A DNA stretch of 64,000 nt. Origin: Hypanus sabinus (Eukaryota). The stretch spans positions 7,254,001-7,318,000 of the forward strand of contig NC_082736.1 in the NCBI RefSeq assembly GCF_030144855.1, given 5' to 3'. Positions 24,901 through 36,673 of the stretch are shown one piece after another (within the stretch, counting starts at the first letter, position 1; each line of letters starts with the position of its first letter). Under the pieces are notes generated by a model. The model had not been told where the DNA came from. It saw only the letters and a program-made list of their open reading frames with translations, and did no database searches. The position numbers were made by a program, and so were the translations under genes.

Positions 24901-27900
24901 AGGGAATGCTGATATTCCAGGGCATGTTGTTCCTCAGGCAATAGAGTCAAACCAGGAAATTACTGACTGATGAGGCTTGGATCACTGCTCAGGTAATTGT
25001 TCCAGAATATTATTAGACATACGATCTCTCATAAAAATTAGGCGTGTAAAAGGACGATATATCAAGAATTGGAAGGAAAAGCGAGTAAAATCCCCTGAGA
25101 TTCTCTCCGTACAATCAGAGGAAAAGGGAATTTGGACAGAATTGTTCCGCTTGGAGATGAGGATGGCCATCTGTGTGTGGAAGTGAAGGAAATGGGAGAG
25201 GCTTTCCAGGAATGTTTTTGACGTTTATTTAACCATTGAGAAAATTATGGAAAGTGATGGAGCTACCAAAATGGCAGGAATCAGCTGTGATTTCTTACAC
25301 CACATTCAAATTAGCAGGGATCTATATTGGAAACCTTAAGATGCATTAAGGCTGTTGAATCTCCAGGGTCATATCAGGTACATTCTTATATTTTGTGAGA
25401 AGTTAGAGAATACACTGTGGAGGCCACGGGAGAAATTGTTGCTTCATCACAGGCACCATTTGAGGTGACACGTGATTGGAGAGTGATTAATGTGGAATTG
25501 ACAGTTTTGAGGCCAAGTCTGTGGATAAATCAAAAATAGAATGAGCGGCAGGCAGTGTTATGGAAGCAGAGAGTCTGCAGTAGCACTTGGACAGATTTAT
25601 AGAATGGACAAGGAAGTGCCAGACAATATACAGTGTATGGAAGTGTGTGGCCGTGTCCTCTGGGTGGAGGAATAAAGGCATAGACTCCATCTAATCAGGG
25701 AGAGAACAGAAATCAGATGTGTAAAGGGACTTTGGGGGTACTAGTGCAGGATTCCCTAAAGGTTAATGTGCACGTTTAGATGGTAGTAAGGAAGGCAAAT
25801 GCAATATATGTATTCATTCCAAGAGAACTAGAATATAAAAGCAAGCATCTAATGCTGCAGCTTTAGTCAGACCTTATTTGAAGTATCATGAGCAGGTTTG
25901 GGTCAATTTTCTAAGAAAGGCTGTGCTGGCATTGCAGAAGCTGCAGGGGAAATTCACGAGAATGATCCCAAGTCTGAAAGAGTTAGGATATAACCATCAT
26001 TTGATGATCTGGGCAGGTACTCACTGGGGTCTAGAAGAATGAGGGAGCATCGTATAGAAACACATTGAATGTTGAAAGGCCTAGGTAGTGTTGATATGAG
26101 AGGATGTTTCCAATAATGGAAGAGTCTAGAACCAGACCACACCCTCAATACAAAGATGCCCCTCTAGAATAGAGATGAGTAATTTCTTTATCGATGGGTT
26201 TCTTTTGGCACAGGTGGCCATGAAGGCAGTCAGTAGGTCTATTTAAAGCAGATGTTAGTGGGATTTAATTATTATTAATGGCATCAAAGTTTACGGGGAG
26301 AAGTTCGGAGAATGGGGTTGGGATGGATAATAAATCAGGCATGATGGAATGATGGAACAGACTGGATGAGCCAAAAGACCTAATCCTGCTCCAATGACTT
26401 TAGGTCTTTTGGTTTAATGCTGTGCCATTGTTTAAAAAGGGTAGTGGAAACTAGTCAGGAAACTACAGGCAGGATATCAGTGTTGGGGAATATACTGGAG
26501 TGATTTCTGAGGAACAGGATCTACCAACATTTGGTCTGATTCAAGACAGTCAGCACAGTTTTGTGCAAGGGAAATCATGTCTCACAAATATCTTGCAACT
26601 CTTTCAGGAATTTCACAAGTGCGTAGATGAGGTTAGGGTTGTGAGTGTTGTCTATCTGGACATTAGCCAGACCTTTGACTCTGGTCTGGGAGGTTAGTTC
26701 TGAGAGATGGAATCCAAGGGAGATAATTGATTGGTTTCATAATTGCCTCAGTATCAGGAGGCAGAGGCTGGTGGGTTGATGGTTATACCTCAGACTGGAG
26801 GTCTCTGTCAAGTGGTGTTGCACTGCACACCGGGACCTTTGTTGTTCGTAATTTATATAAACAATATCCATGTGAATCATAGTTCACCGGATCTGACACC
26901 TCAAGGAGATAACAGTGGTGAAGTTGGTGTTGTTTGACCTGCTGTCCTTCATCATTCATGGCACAGAGTATAAGAGTTGAGAAGATACGTTGTAGATATA
27001 CAGGTCTTTGGTGAGGATGGACTGGGGATACTGACTATCGTTTTGATCACCCTATGATAGCAAAGATGTTCCTAAACTAGAAAGAGTGCACAGAAAAAAA
27101 TAAATATCAGATGGTTGCTTAGACCTGGGGAGTCAGAGTTAGAAGGACAGGTTGTATGGACTAGTGTTACGAATGAGGAGCAACTCTCATGAGCAGAAGG
27201 GTGCAAAGTCGCCCCCCCCCCTCTTTTTGAGAATCACAAAATCGCTACTATTTTGGGTCTGATACCAAGGAAATGAGAGAGTGACAACGCAGAGATACAC
27301 AAAAGTGGAATGTCTCCTAACAAAAGCGGAACAGAACCACTGATTACTGCTATTGTCTCTTGGAGAAGGATTGTGTATTGAGTACTGTTCAATTCATTGA
27401 AACTCCTCAGGGGGCAACCAGAGTGGTCTGGTTGATGGGTTGTATCATCCCAACCTGATTGACACCTGAGACCCCGTGAGCGGGGATAAAAGTAAGGTCT
27501 GGGGAAACACCCCTCAGACACACCAGGAGAGACACTACGAGACCAGTGGGGGCTTGTGTGTGTGTCCACCCTTGCCTGTGTGACGAGTCCGTGACGGAAG
27601 AATGGTCTCGCTAAAGGACAGAGGGGTCATAAGTGAATGGCCACAACAACAACGCATCGACGGATCAAGATCGAAAAGGAAGGTCGGCCGGTCAATAGCT
27701 GTTTCTCTCTCTCTCTCTCCAACAATTGCAACATAGTGACCAATAAACCACCACAGCCTGCATGAACTGAACTGAACTTTATATTTCCATCGGACAATTC
27801 ATTATCCCCTAGACAACGATAGAGCTTATTTCTTATTGATTATTATTATACCCACACTTTTAGGTTTAGTATTGATGACATATATTATCTGTATATTTGC

Positions 27901-30460
27901 ATTGATATTATTTTTGTGTTTTTTTACTAATAAATACTGTTAAATCTAGTATCATCAGACTTCAACGGATACTCCTATCTTTGCTGGTAAGATACCCAGT
28001 TACGGAGTTCGTAACACTAGTATTTTATTCCCTGGAGCAGAGCAGATTCAGAGGTGATCCCAGTAGAGGTATGGAGATCATGGGGAGCACAGACAGGGTA
28101 AAAACACTGTTTTTTTCACAGGAAATGGCTGGTAAAAACAAGAAGGTAGGTGTTTCAGATCAGACATAATGGGCAGAGTGTGGTATGTATTTTGAACAAA
28201 CTGCCGGTGATTGTGGCAGACACATTAGGAACATTTTAAAATCTTGTGATCCGAGCTGGTTGCCACATCTCAGGAACGACAGTTTCAGTTATAAGGTGAG
28301 GATGTAGAAACACAGATTGTTTACAAACTGTGTTTGTTCGATCTCCCTTTATCTCTCTTGTTTCAAAGGCCTAGCAGAGACCTTTAAAATAGATAAGGCG
28401 GACAAGAGTCTTTTACACAGGCAGCAAATGTCAAATACTCAAGTGCAGAGCTTCAATTTAAAAGTGGGAGAGGGATTGGTTCAAGTAGTTTGAGCAGGTG
28501 AGTTTCTATTTTTCTCAGAGACTGATGGCTGCCAGGGAAAGGTTCAAGCTGATACACTGGTAATGTTGAAGAGGTGTTTAGTCAGGCAGGAACAGGCAGG
28601 GAATGGAGAAGCCCATTCCATCCCCTCTCATTCTTCCAAAGGGCAGCCAGTACAGACCGACCCCATTTCAGTTCGGTCCCTGCCACCCCGCTGGGGGTGG
28701 GGGGGAAGGAAGCCTCAACGCCACCCCCGGGACCAGGGCGATCCCCCTCCCTCTCACGCATCCGTTGTCGAGGAAACGAGTCAGAGACAGAGTGCAACAT
28801 GCAACAACCGAGGGAATCTGCAGATGCTGGAAATCTGAACTGCACACACAAAATGCTGGAGGAACTCAGCAGGCCAGACAGCATGTATGGGAAAGCATGT
28901 ATCGGGCTGAAGGGTCTCGGACCGGGTCTTCCACTGTACTTTTTTTTTCCATAGACGCTGCCTGGCCTGCTGAGTCCTCCAGCATTTTGTGAGATATAAA
29001 GCTGGAGAGATTTGAAAACTAATGCTGAGACGTTTAATATGAACAGACTGATTGCTGACAATTTTAACTACATTGGTAAGGCACAGTGAGTTTTGGAGAT
29101 ATTGCGGGTATTCATGGCAGAAAATAAAGAGTTAATAGATAAAAGACGTTTTAGGCACCAGCCTGATAACATGTGGGGTTTCACACTGCTGGCGTACCGT
29201 CTACAGGTCTGGTCGACACACTGTAGAAAGAAAATTATCACTGGAATGGGTGACCTGGGGCTCTGGTCCCCATCCCCTGCCAATCCCAGGGAACAGGAAT
29301 GAACCTCCCTGACAGTGTGGAGCAGGTTTACTGGGAGGTTGTTTGGGATGGAACCAATCTGATGTAAGACCATAAAATATAGGAGCAGAGTTTGACCCTC
29401 TGGCCCATTAAGACAGTACTTCCATTTCATCATGGCTGATCCATTTCCCTCTCAGCCCCAATATCCTGACGTCCCCTTAACCCATCATGCCCTGACAAAC
29501 CAACAATGTATCAACCTCTACCTGAAATATACCCAATGTCGGCCTCTACAGCTGCCTTTGGCATGGAATTCCACAGATTAACCACTCTCTAGATAAATAA
29601 ATTCCTCCTCATCTCCATTTAAATGGATGTCCCTCTAGTCAGAGGTTGTGCCCTATGTCCCTAGACTCCCCCTCTATAGAAAACATCGTCTTCAGATCCA
29701 CTCTACCGTAGCCGTTCAACATTCAACAGGTTTCAAAGCAATCCCTTCTCATCCTTATAAATTCCAGTCAGGTCAGGCCCAGCATAATCAAATGGTCTTC
29801 ATATGATAACCCTTCAATCCGGGAATCATTCTCGTGAACTTCCTCAGAATCCTCTCCAATGTCAGAGTACCTTTCTTAGATAAGGGGCCCAGAATTGCTC
29901 ACAGTACAAACGAACCTCAAGGAACCTACTCTGCTACAAATTTCCTTTGCACATCAGATTTTCATTTTTCTTTCCCCTTAGAGCAATTGTCTATCCTTTT
30001 ATTTTTATACCAATGTCCATGACCATAAACTTCTCAACATGGTAATCCACCTGCCGGATCTTTGCCTATTCTCACAATCTGTGTAAGCCCTTCTGTAGCC
30101 TCTCTGCTTCCTCGGCACTGTCTTCCCCCGACCTATTTTGAACTGAAAATGGCCCGAAGCCATCATTTCTGTCATCCAAATCATTGAAATATACTATAAC
30201 ATAAAATGCCATTAGTCATTGTGTCAACCAGAAAAGGCTCCCTTTATGCCACTCTTTGCTTCCTGCCAATCAGCCAAGTTGTAATCCATGCTCGTAACTT
30301 TCCTGTGTCATAGGCTCTTAATTTAAGCAGCCTCATGTGTGGCACCTTGTCAAAGGCCTTCTAAAAATCCAATTGCACAAGGCACACCCATCCAGTGATT
30401 CTCTTTGTCGATCCTGCTTATTTCTTCAAGCAATTTCAACACATTTGACAGGCAGGATAA
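21990..30460. mobile_element. Block of nested old CR1 fragments, with PLE termini at ~24390-24530 and 28807-28990 and a solo LTR
   Basis: Recurrent CR1 motifs (QHSFVQGKSCLTN, VYLDISQTFD, GPLLFVIYIN) on both strands; ~28990-29370 is not CR1. Confidence 0.8.
27165..28016 (+). mobile_element. Solo LTR (Gypsy/ERV-type), 852 bp
   Basis: TGTTACGAA…TTCGTAACA termini, 4-bp TSD CTAG, TATA-like GATAAAA at ~27485, AATAAA at ~27869. Confidence 0.9.
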
Positions 30461-30470
30461 TCCCCTAAAG

Positions 30471-31698
30471 TAGTGGTCATCAACGTTTTTAAGCCCAAGA
30501 TCCCCTACCTCGGCCTGAGTGAAAGGCAAGATCAACTCCAAATTGATTAGATACACGCAGGCGCACCGGGGCAGAAAGACTGGAAGTAATACCCCACAAC
30601 CCAGATGTAGAAATAATCCATAAACACCAGGGGTGCCCACCCTTTTTTACACCGCAGACCGGTTTAATATTGACAATATTCTTGCGGACCGGCCGACGGG
30701 GGTGGTGGGGGGACGGGATGGGACGACGGGAATGAAGCAGGTTCCTTATGTCCAGTCTATCCCGCAATTTAGTTATCGCGACTCTCAGCACTTAGCGGCT
30801 GTCCCGCGCTGCTCACGTTTTTTCCTCTGATAAAACTCAGCGGGTTCAGGTTTAAGTGCAGGGTGCTTGGACTCAGGGTACCGAAGCAGTTTTGAGGGCT
30901 TCATTGCCTCATTAGACAGCCTCCGGGCCCAAACTCCAGCCTCTGCCCTCCCGCCGCCAGACGCCCTGGCCAGGTACATCTGGTCGCGGGTAGGGTGAGA
31001 GGACAAGTTCAGGGCCAGAGGTCCTCGTGCCGGGGACGCGGCGGTCACAGTTAGAACAGAGCGACCGACCGAGTGAGGAGAGCGACAGGCCCGCGCTCGC
31101 CCCCCTTGTAGGATCTATTGGCCGACAAAAATTTGTTTCAGTAGATCGCAGCGAGGTAGCTCTTCTGATACATACGAAACCTTGAGCCCAAATTAGGTTG
31201 TCTGCTAATATTTTAGCACCGGGTTCCCCACGAACATTCGGTTTGCTAAACAGGTTTAGAGGCGGTTCCCATCTGTCCGCGCTCCAGGCCAATAGCATCG
31301 GCGATTCTCGCTGGCTATGCTCTGGGCCAGCAGCATCAGCGCTTCCCACCAGCCGCGCGAGGCGAACACTGGCGCGAGGGTGTCACTGCATTAAGGCGAC
31401 TGATGACCTCACGTGAGTTCAAGTTCAAAAGTCAGTGTGACAGCGACTGAGGGAAGGTGCAGCTGACTCATATTGTTTCCTCACGGCCCGGTGGTTGGGG
31501 ACCACTGAAGTACACTGTGTCATGCGGGGGAGCTATGTGCATGCGCACTGAGCAGAAAGAATGGAACTAAAACCCCGCAACCCGGAAACAAACTCTCAAC
31601 AGTATTTGTGTATTTATTTTTCTTTGTTTTTTGGGATCTACTGGGAAAGTCTCAAAAAATCGACCAGTCGATCGCGATCGACGGGTTAGCGACCACTA
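30471..31698. mobile_element. Composite non-autonomous hAT: outer element with a nested Charlie-type element (30628-31507, -)
   Basis: Outer TIRs TAGTGGTCATCAAC / GTTAGCGACCACTA; inner ends match the 13595-15523 hAT; LSNEAMKPSKLLR remnant. Confidence 0.85.
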
Positions 31699-32640
31699 AT
31701 CTGGATGATGGGGTGGTAAATTGGATTAGTAAGTATGCAGGTGATACTGAGATAGGTGGTGTTGTGGATAATGAAGTAGGATTTCAAAGCTTGCAGAAAG
31801 ATTTAGGCCAGTTAGAAGAGTGGGCTGAAAGATGGCAGATGGAGTTTAACGCTCATAAGTGTGAGGTGCTACATTTTGGTAGGACTAATCAAAATAGGAC
31901 ATAGCTGGTACATGGTACGGCATTGAGGAATACAGTAGAACGGAGTGGTCTAAGAATAATGGTGCATCGTTCCCCAAAGGTGGATTATCATGTGGATAGA
32001 GTGGTGAAGAAAGCTTTTGGTATGCTGGCCTTTATAAATCGGACCACAGAGTATAGGAGTTGGGATGTAATGTTAAAATTCTACAAGGCATTGGTAAGGC
32101 CAAATTTGGAGCATCGTGTACAGTTCTGCTCACCGAATTATAGGAGAGATGTCAACAAAATAGAGAGAGTTCAGAGGAAATTTAGTAGAATGTTACCTGG
32201 GTTTGAGCACCTAAGTTACAGAGAAAGTTAAGTCTTTATTCTTTAGAGCATAGAAGGTTGATAGGGAACTTGATAGAGGCATTTATAATTATGACGCGAT
32301 AGATAGAGTTGGTGTGGATAGGCTTTTTCCATTGAGAGTAGGGGAGATTCAAACAAAAGGACATGAGTTGAGAGTTAAGAGGCAAAAGTTTAGGGGTAAC
32401 ACAAGGGGGAACTTCTTTACTCAGAGAGTGGTAGCTGTGTGGAATGCGATTCCAGTAGAAGTGGTAGAGGCAGGTTCTATATTGTCATTTAAAAAAAATT
32501 GGATTGGTATATGAACAGGAAAGGAATAGAGGGTTGAGGGCTGTATGCAGGTCGGTGGGACTAGGTGAGAGTAAGCGTTCGGCACGGACTAGAAGGGCTG
32601 AGATGGCCTGTTTCCATGCTGTAAATGTTACATGTTATAT
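31699..32640 (+). mobile_element. CR1 3' fragment
   Basis: ISKYAGDTEIGG, WQMEFNAHKCEVLHFG, FFTQRVVAVWN. Confidence 0.93.
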
Positions 32641-32644
32641 ATAA

Positions 32645-34810
32645 CACTTAGGAGGCAGTGATCACAGTATCATTGAGTCCAACTTAAAATTGGACAGGGA
32701 GAGACATGGCAGTGTTTTAGTGGAGTAAAGCTAGGAACAGTGTTATGACAAAGGAGTCAGCTGAAGTAAATTGGAAGGAGATGCTGGCAGAGATGGCAGC
32801 TGAGCAGCAAAGGTGAGTTTCTGGGAAAAATGAGGGAGGTGCAGGATAAATGTATTGCAGAAACAAATAAATACTCAAATGCAAAATAGTACAAACGTGG
32901 CTGACAAGGAAGTCAAAGCTAATGTAAAACGAAAAGGAAGGGCATACAACAAAGAAAAAAATTCAGAATACAAGGATTGGGAAGCGTCTAACACCTTACA
33001 GAGATAAAGAGGATAAAGATTAAATCTGCAAGCAAGCTAGCAAATATTATCAAAGTGATTCGTTGAAGCTTTTTAAAGTATGCAAAACATAAAGGAGAGC
33101 TGAGACTGGATACTGGATTGCTAGAAAATCAAGCCAGAGGAACAATAATGGGGTGAGGGGGGGGGGGGGGGCAGAGGCGGAGATGGCAGATGAACTAAAT
33201 GAGTATTTGTCATCAGTGGAAGTTACTAGCCATGTGCCAGATGTTGAAGGGAGTGAGGGGAGAGAAGGGAGTGCAGTTATTATTATAAGGGAAAGGTGTT
33301 CAAAAAGCTGAAAGACCTGAGGGTATATCAGTCACCTGGAGCAGATGAACTGGACCCTAGGATTCTGACAGAGGTAGTGGTAGAGATTGTGGTGCAATTA
33401 GTCATGATCTTTCAAAATGCATTGGACTCTGGCATGGTGCTAGGGGACTGGAAAATTGCAAATGTCACTCCACTCTTTAAGAAAGGAGGAAGGTGGCAGA
33501 AAGGAAATTATAGTCCAGTTAGTCTGACTTCAGTGGTTGGGAAGATGCTGGAGTTAATTGTTAAAGATGAGGATATGGAGCATTGGAAACACAGGACAAG
33601 AAAGGACAAAGTCAGCCTGGTTTCCTTCAGGGGAAATCTTGAATGATGAACCTGTTGGAATTCTTTGAAGAGATTACACGCAGGATAAATAAAGGGGATG
33701 CAATGGATGTCATATATTTGGACTTTCAAAAGTCCTTTGACAAAGTGCCACACACGAGGCTGCTTACCAAGTTAATAGCCCATGGTATTACAGGAAAGTT
33801 ACTGGCGTGGTTAGAACATTGGCTGATTTGTAGAAAGCAGCATGTCAGCAAGTGGAAATAAAAGGATCCTTTCTGGTTGCTGTCAGTGGGTAGTGGTGCT
33901 CCACAGGGGTCGGTGTTGGGACCACTTACTGTATATCAATGATTTAAATGATGGAATAGATGGATTTGTTGCAAGTTGACAAGAAGGGCAGGTACTGTTC
34001 AGGAAACAGGTAGGCTGCAGAAGTACTTTGACAGATTAGGAGAATTGGCAAGACAATGGCAAAGGAAATACAATGTTAGAAAATGCATGCTCGTGCACTT
34101 TGGTGGTAGAAATAAATGTACAGACTAGTTTCCAAATAGGGAGAAAATCCAAAAATCTGAGATGCAAAGGGACTTGGGAGTCTTTGTGCAGACCAACCCA
34201 AAGATAACTTGCAGGTAGAGTCGGAGGTGAGGAAGGCAAAAGCAATGTTAGCATTCACATCAAGCGGTTAGAATACAAGAGCAGGGATGTGATGCTGAGA
34301 CTTTATAAGGCATTGGTGAGGCCTCACCTTGAGTATTGTGATGAGCTTTGGCTTCCTCATCGAAGAAAAGATGTGCGGGCATTGGAATGGGTTCAGTACA
34401 GGTTCACAAGGGTGATTCTGGGAATGAAACGGTTTTCATACGAGGAATATTTGATAGGTCTGGGTCTGTACTCACTGTAATTTAGGATGGGGGGGGGAAA
34501 TCTCTTTTCGAATGTTGAAAGACCTGGGGGCACAATCTCAGGATTTAAAACAGAAATGCAGAGAAATTCCTTAGCCAGAGGATGGTGAATTAATGCAATT
34601 TATAGCCACAGGCTGCTGTGGAAGCCATGTCCTTGGGTGTATTTAAGGCAGAGCTTGATAGGCTCATGATTGGACACAGCATCCAAGTTTGCAAGGAGAA
34701 GACCAGGGAGTGGGGATGCAAAGGGCAAAAAGGGTCTGCCATGATTGAATGGGAGAGTAGACTCGACAGGCCAAATAGCCTAATTCTGCTGCTATGTCGT
34801 ACGGTCTTAC
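32645..34810 (+). repeat. CR1 copy forming the right arm of an inverted duplication of 1-1890
   Basis: Shares private lesions with the reverse complement of 1-1890. Confidence 0.85.
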
Positions 34811-34969
34811 TCAGTAAATCCAAGAAAGACCACACCCAACAGGGTGGCCAAATCACCAATGTGCAAACGACAATAACTTGTGTAAATACAAGAGAGAAAA
34901 TAATAATGTCATAATTAAATAGAGAACATGAGATGCAGAATCCTTGAAAGTGAATTGGTAGATTGTGGG

Positions 34970-35636
34970 CACAAGGAAATCTGCAGATGCTGGAAATTCA
35001 AGCAACACACACAAAATGTTGGTGGAACACAGCAGACCAGGCAGCATCTATAAGGAGAAGCACTATCGAAGTTTCAGGCCGAGACCCTTCGTCAGGACTA
35101 ACTGAAAGGAAAGATAGCAAGAGATTTGAAAGTAGCAGGGGGAGGGAAAAATGCAAAATGATAGGGGAAGACCGAGGGGGTGGGTTGAAGCTGAGGCCCG
35201 TAAAGGAGATTGGCAAAAGGGGTACAGAGCTGGAGAAGGGAAAGGATCATTGGACGGGAGGCCTAGGGAGAAACAAAGGGGGAGGGGAGCACCAGAGGGA
35301 GATGGAGAACAGGCAGAGTGATGGGCAGAAAGAGAGAAAACAAAAGGAGGGGGCAAAACAACTAAATATATCAGGGATGGGGTAAGAAGTGGAGGAGGGG
35401 CATTAACGGAAGTTGGAGAAGTCAATGTTCATGCCATCAGGTTGGAGGCTACCCAGCCGATATATAAGGTGTTGTTCCTCCAACCTGAGTGTGGCTTCAT
35501 CTTGACAGTAGAGAGTTGAGTATCTCTTACTATTTTCCTTTCAGTTAGTCCTGACGAAGGGTCTCAGCCCAAAACGTCAACAGTGCTTCTCCTTGTAGAC
35601 GCTGCCTGGCCTGCTGTGTTCCACCAGCATTTTGTG
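34970..35636. mobile_element. Penelope-like element end with inverted pseudo-LTR and two hammerhead motifs
   Basis: - strand 3' end 34970-35515 joined to + strand copy 35516-35636; ribozyme motifs at 35065-35098 (-) and 35548-35581 (+). Confidence 0.88.
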
Positions 35637-35978
35637 CTTATTGATAGATTGTGGAAAATAGTTCTGCGGTGAGTTAAGTGAAATTAAATGCAGTTATCTC
35701 CACTGGTTCTGGTTTATGGTGACATCAGTGAATCTCTTTTTCTGGTCAATGAATAGCCTGTAACGTCCCTTTCGACTTGGAGGCAATTTGATGTGGCAGA
35801 ACCGACGTCACAGAAAGTGAGGAAAACCCTAAGTACGGTTGATTAAACTCTGGGCTGAAATGGAAAAGTCAGTTACAGACCAAATCGAGGTGGCGGGGAC
35901 CAGGCCCCAGATTGTATCAAAGCGACTGAACCCAATGTTTGGAAAACGAGTTAGACGTGGGGCCAGATTGAAAAGGTC

Positions 35979-36673
35979 TACCATTTCCTCAATTTGGAAT
36001 ATTGATTTACAACCTCATTTTATCACTGCAATTTTTGGTATACCAAATGAAGATGATAGTCGACTCTCCCCTTCAATTAGACGAATGATTGCCTTTGTAA
36101 CATTAATGGCCAGGAGATCTATATTACAAAATTGGAAAGAAGTAAATCCTCCTACCATATCTCAGTGGTTCTCTCAAACTAGTTCTTGTTTAAGTTTAGA
36201 AAAAATTAGAAGTACTGTTTTTGATTCATCAATTAAATTTGAAGAAACTTGGGGACCGTTCATTCGACACTTTCATATGAATTAATTTGGCTTCTTCAAG
36301 ACCTTTACTCTTTTTATTCTTGTTCTGGTATGGAGTTCCGGAGTTTTTGACACCATCATATACATATAAATTATTATTATTGCCCATGTTAGTTTAGGTT
36401 TATATATTTTTATATATTTTTTTAATTTCATAAATATACATTTTTTTCTTGTATTCTATTTTTTTTTCTTTTGATGATTATTTCTAATCTTTTTCATGTA
36501 TAATCAATATAGATTTGATTATTGTACGATCTTTTTTTGCTGATAGTTTAATAAGATATTGTTATCTTGTTACTAATTTAACTAAGTCTAATGCATTCAT
36601 GACCTATTTAATATAATACTATGTTATGTTTTTTTTAATAAAAATTAATAAAAAGATTGAAAAAGGAAAGAAA
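35979..36673 (+). mobile_element. 5'-truncated L1/Tx1-clade LINE (ORF2 C-terminus plus AT-rich 3'UTR)
   Basis: ARRSILQNWK…PPT..QW…LSLEKIR…FEETWGPF; 14-bp TSD AGATTGAAAAGGTC at 35965-35978 and 36674-36687. Confidence 0.9.
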
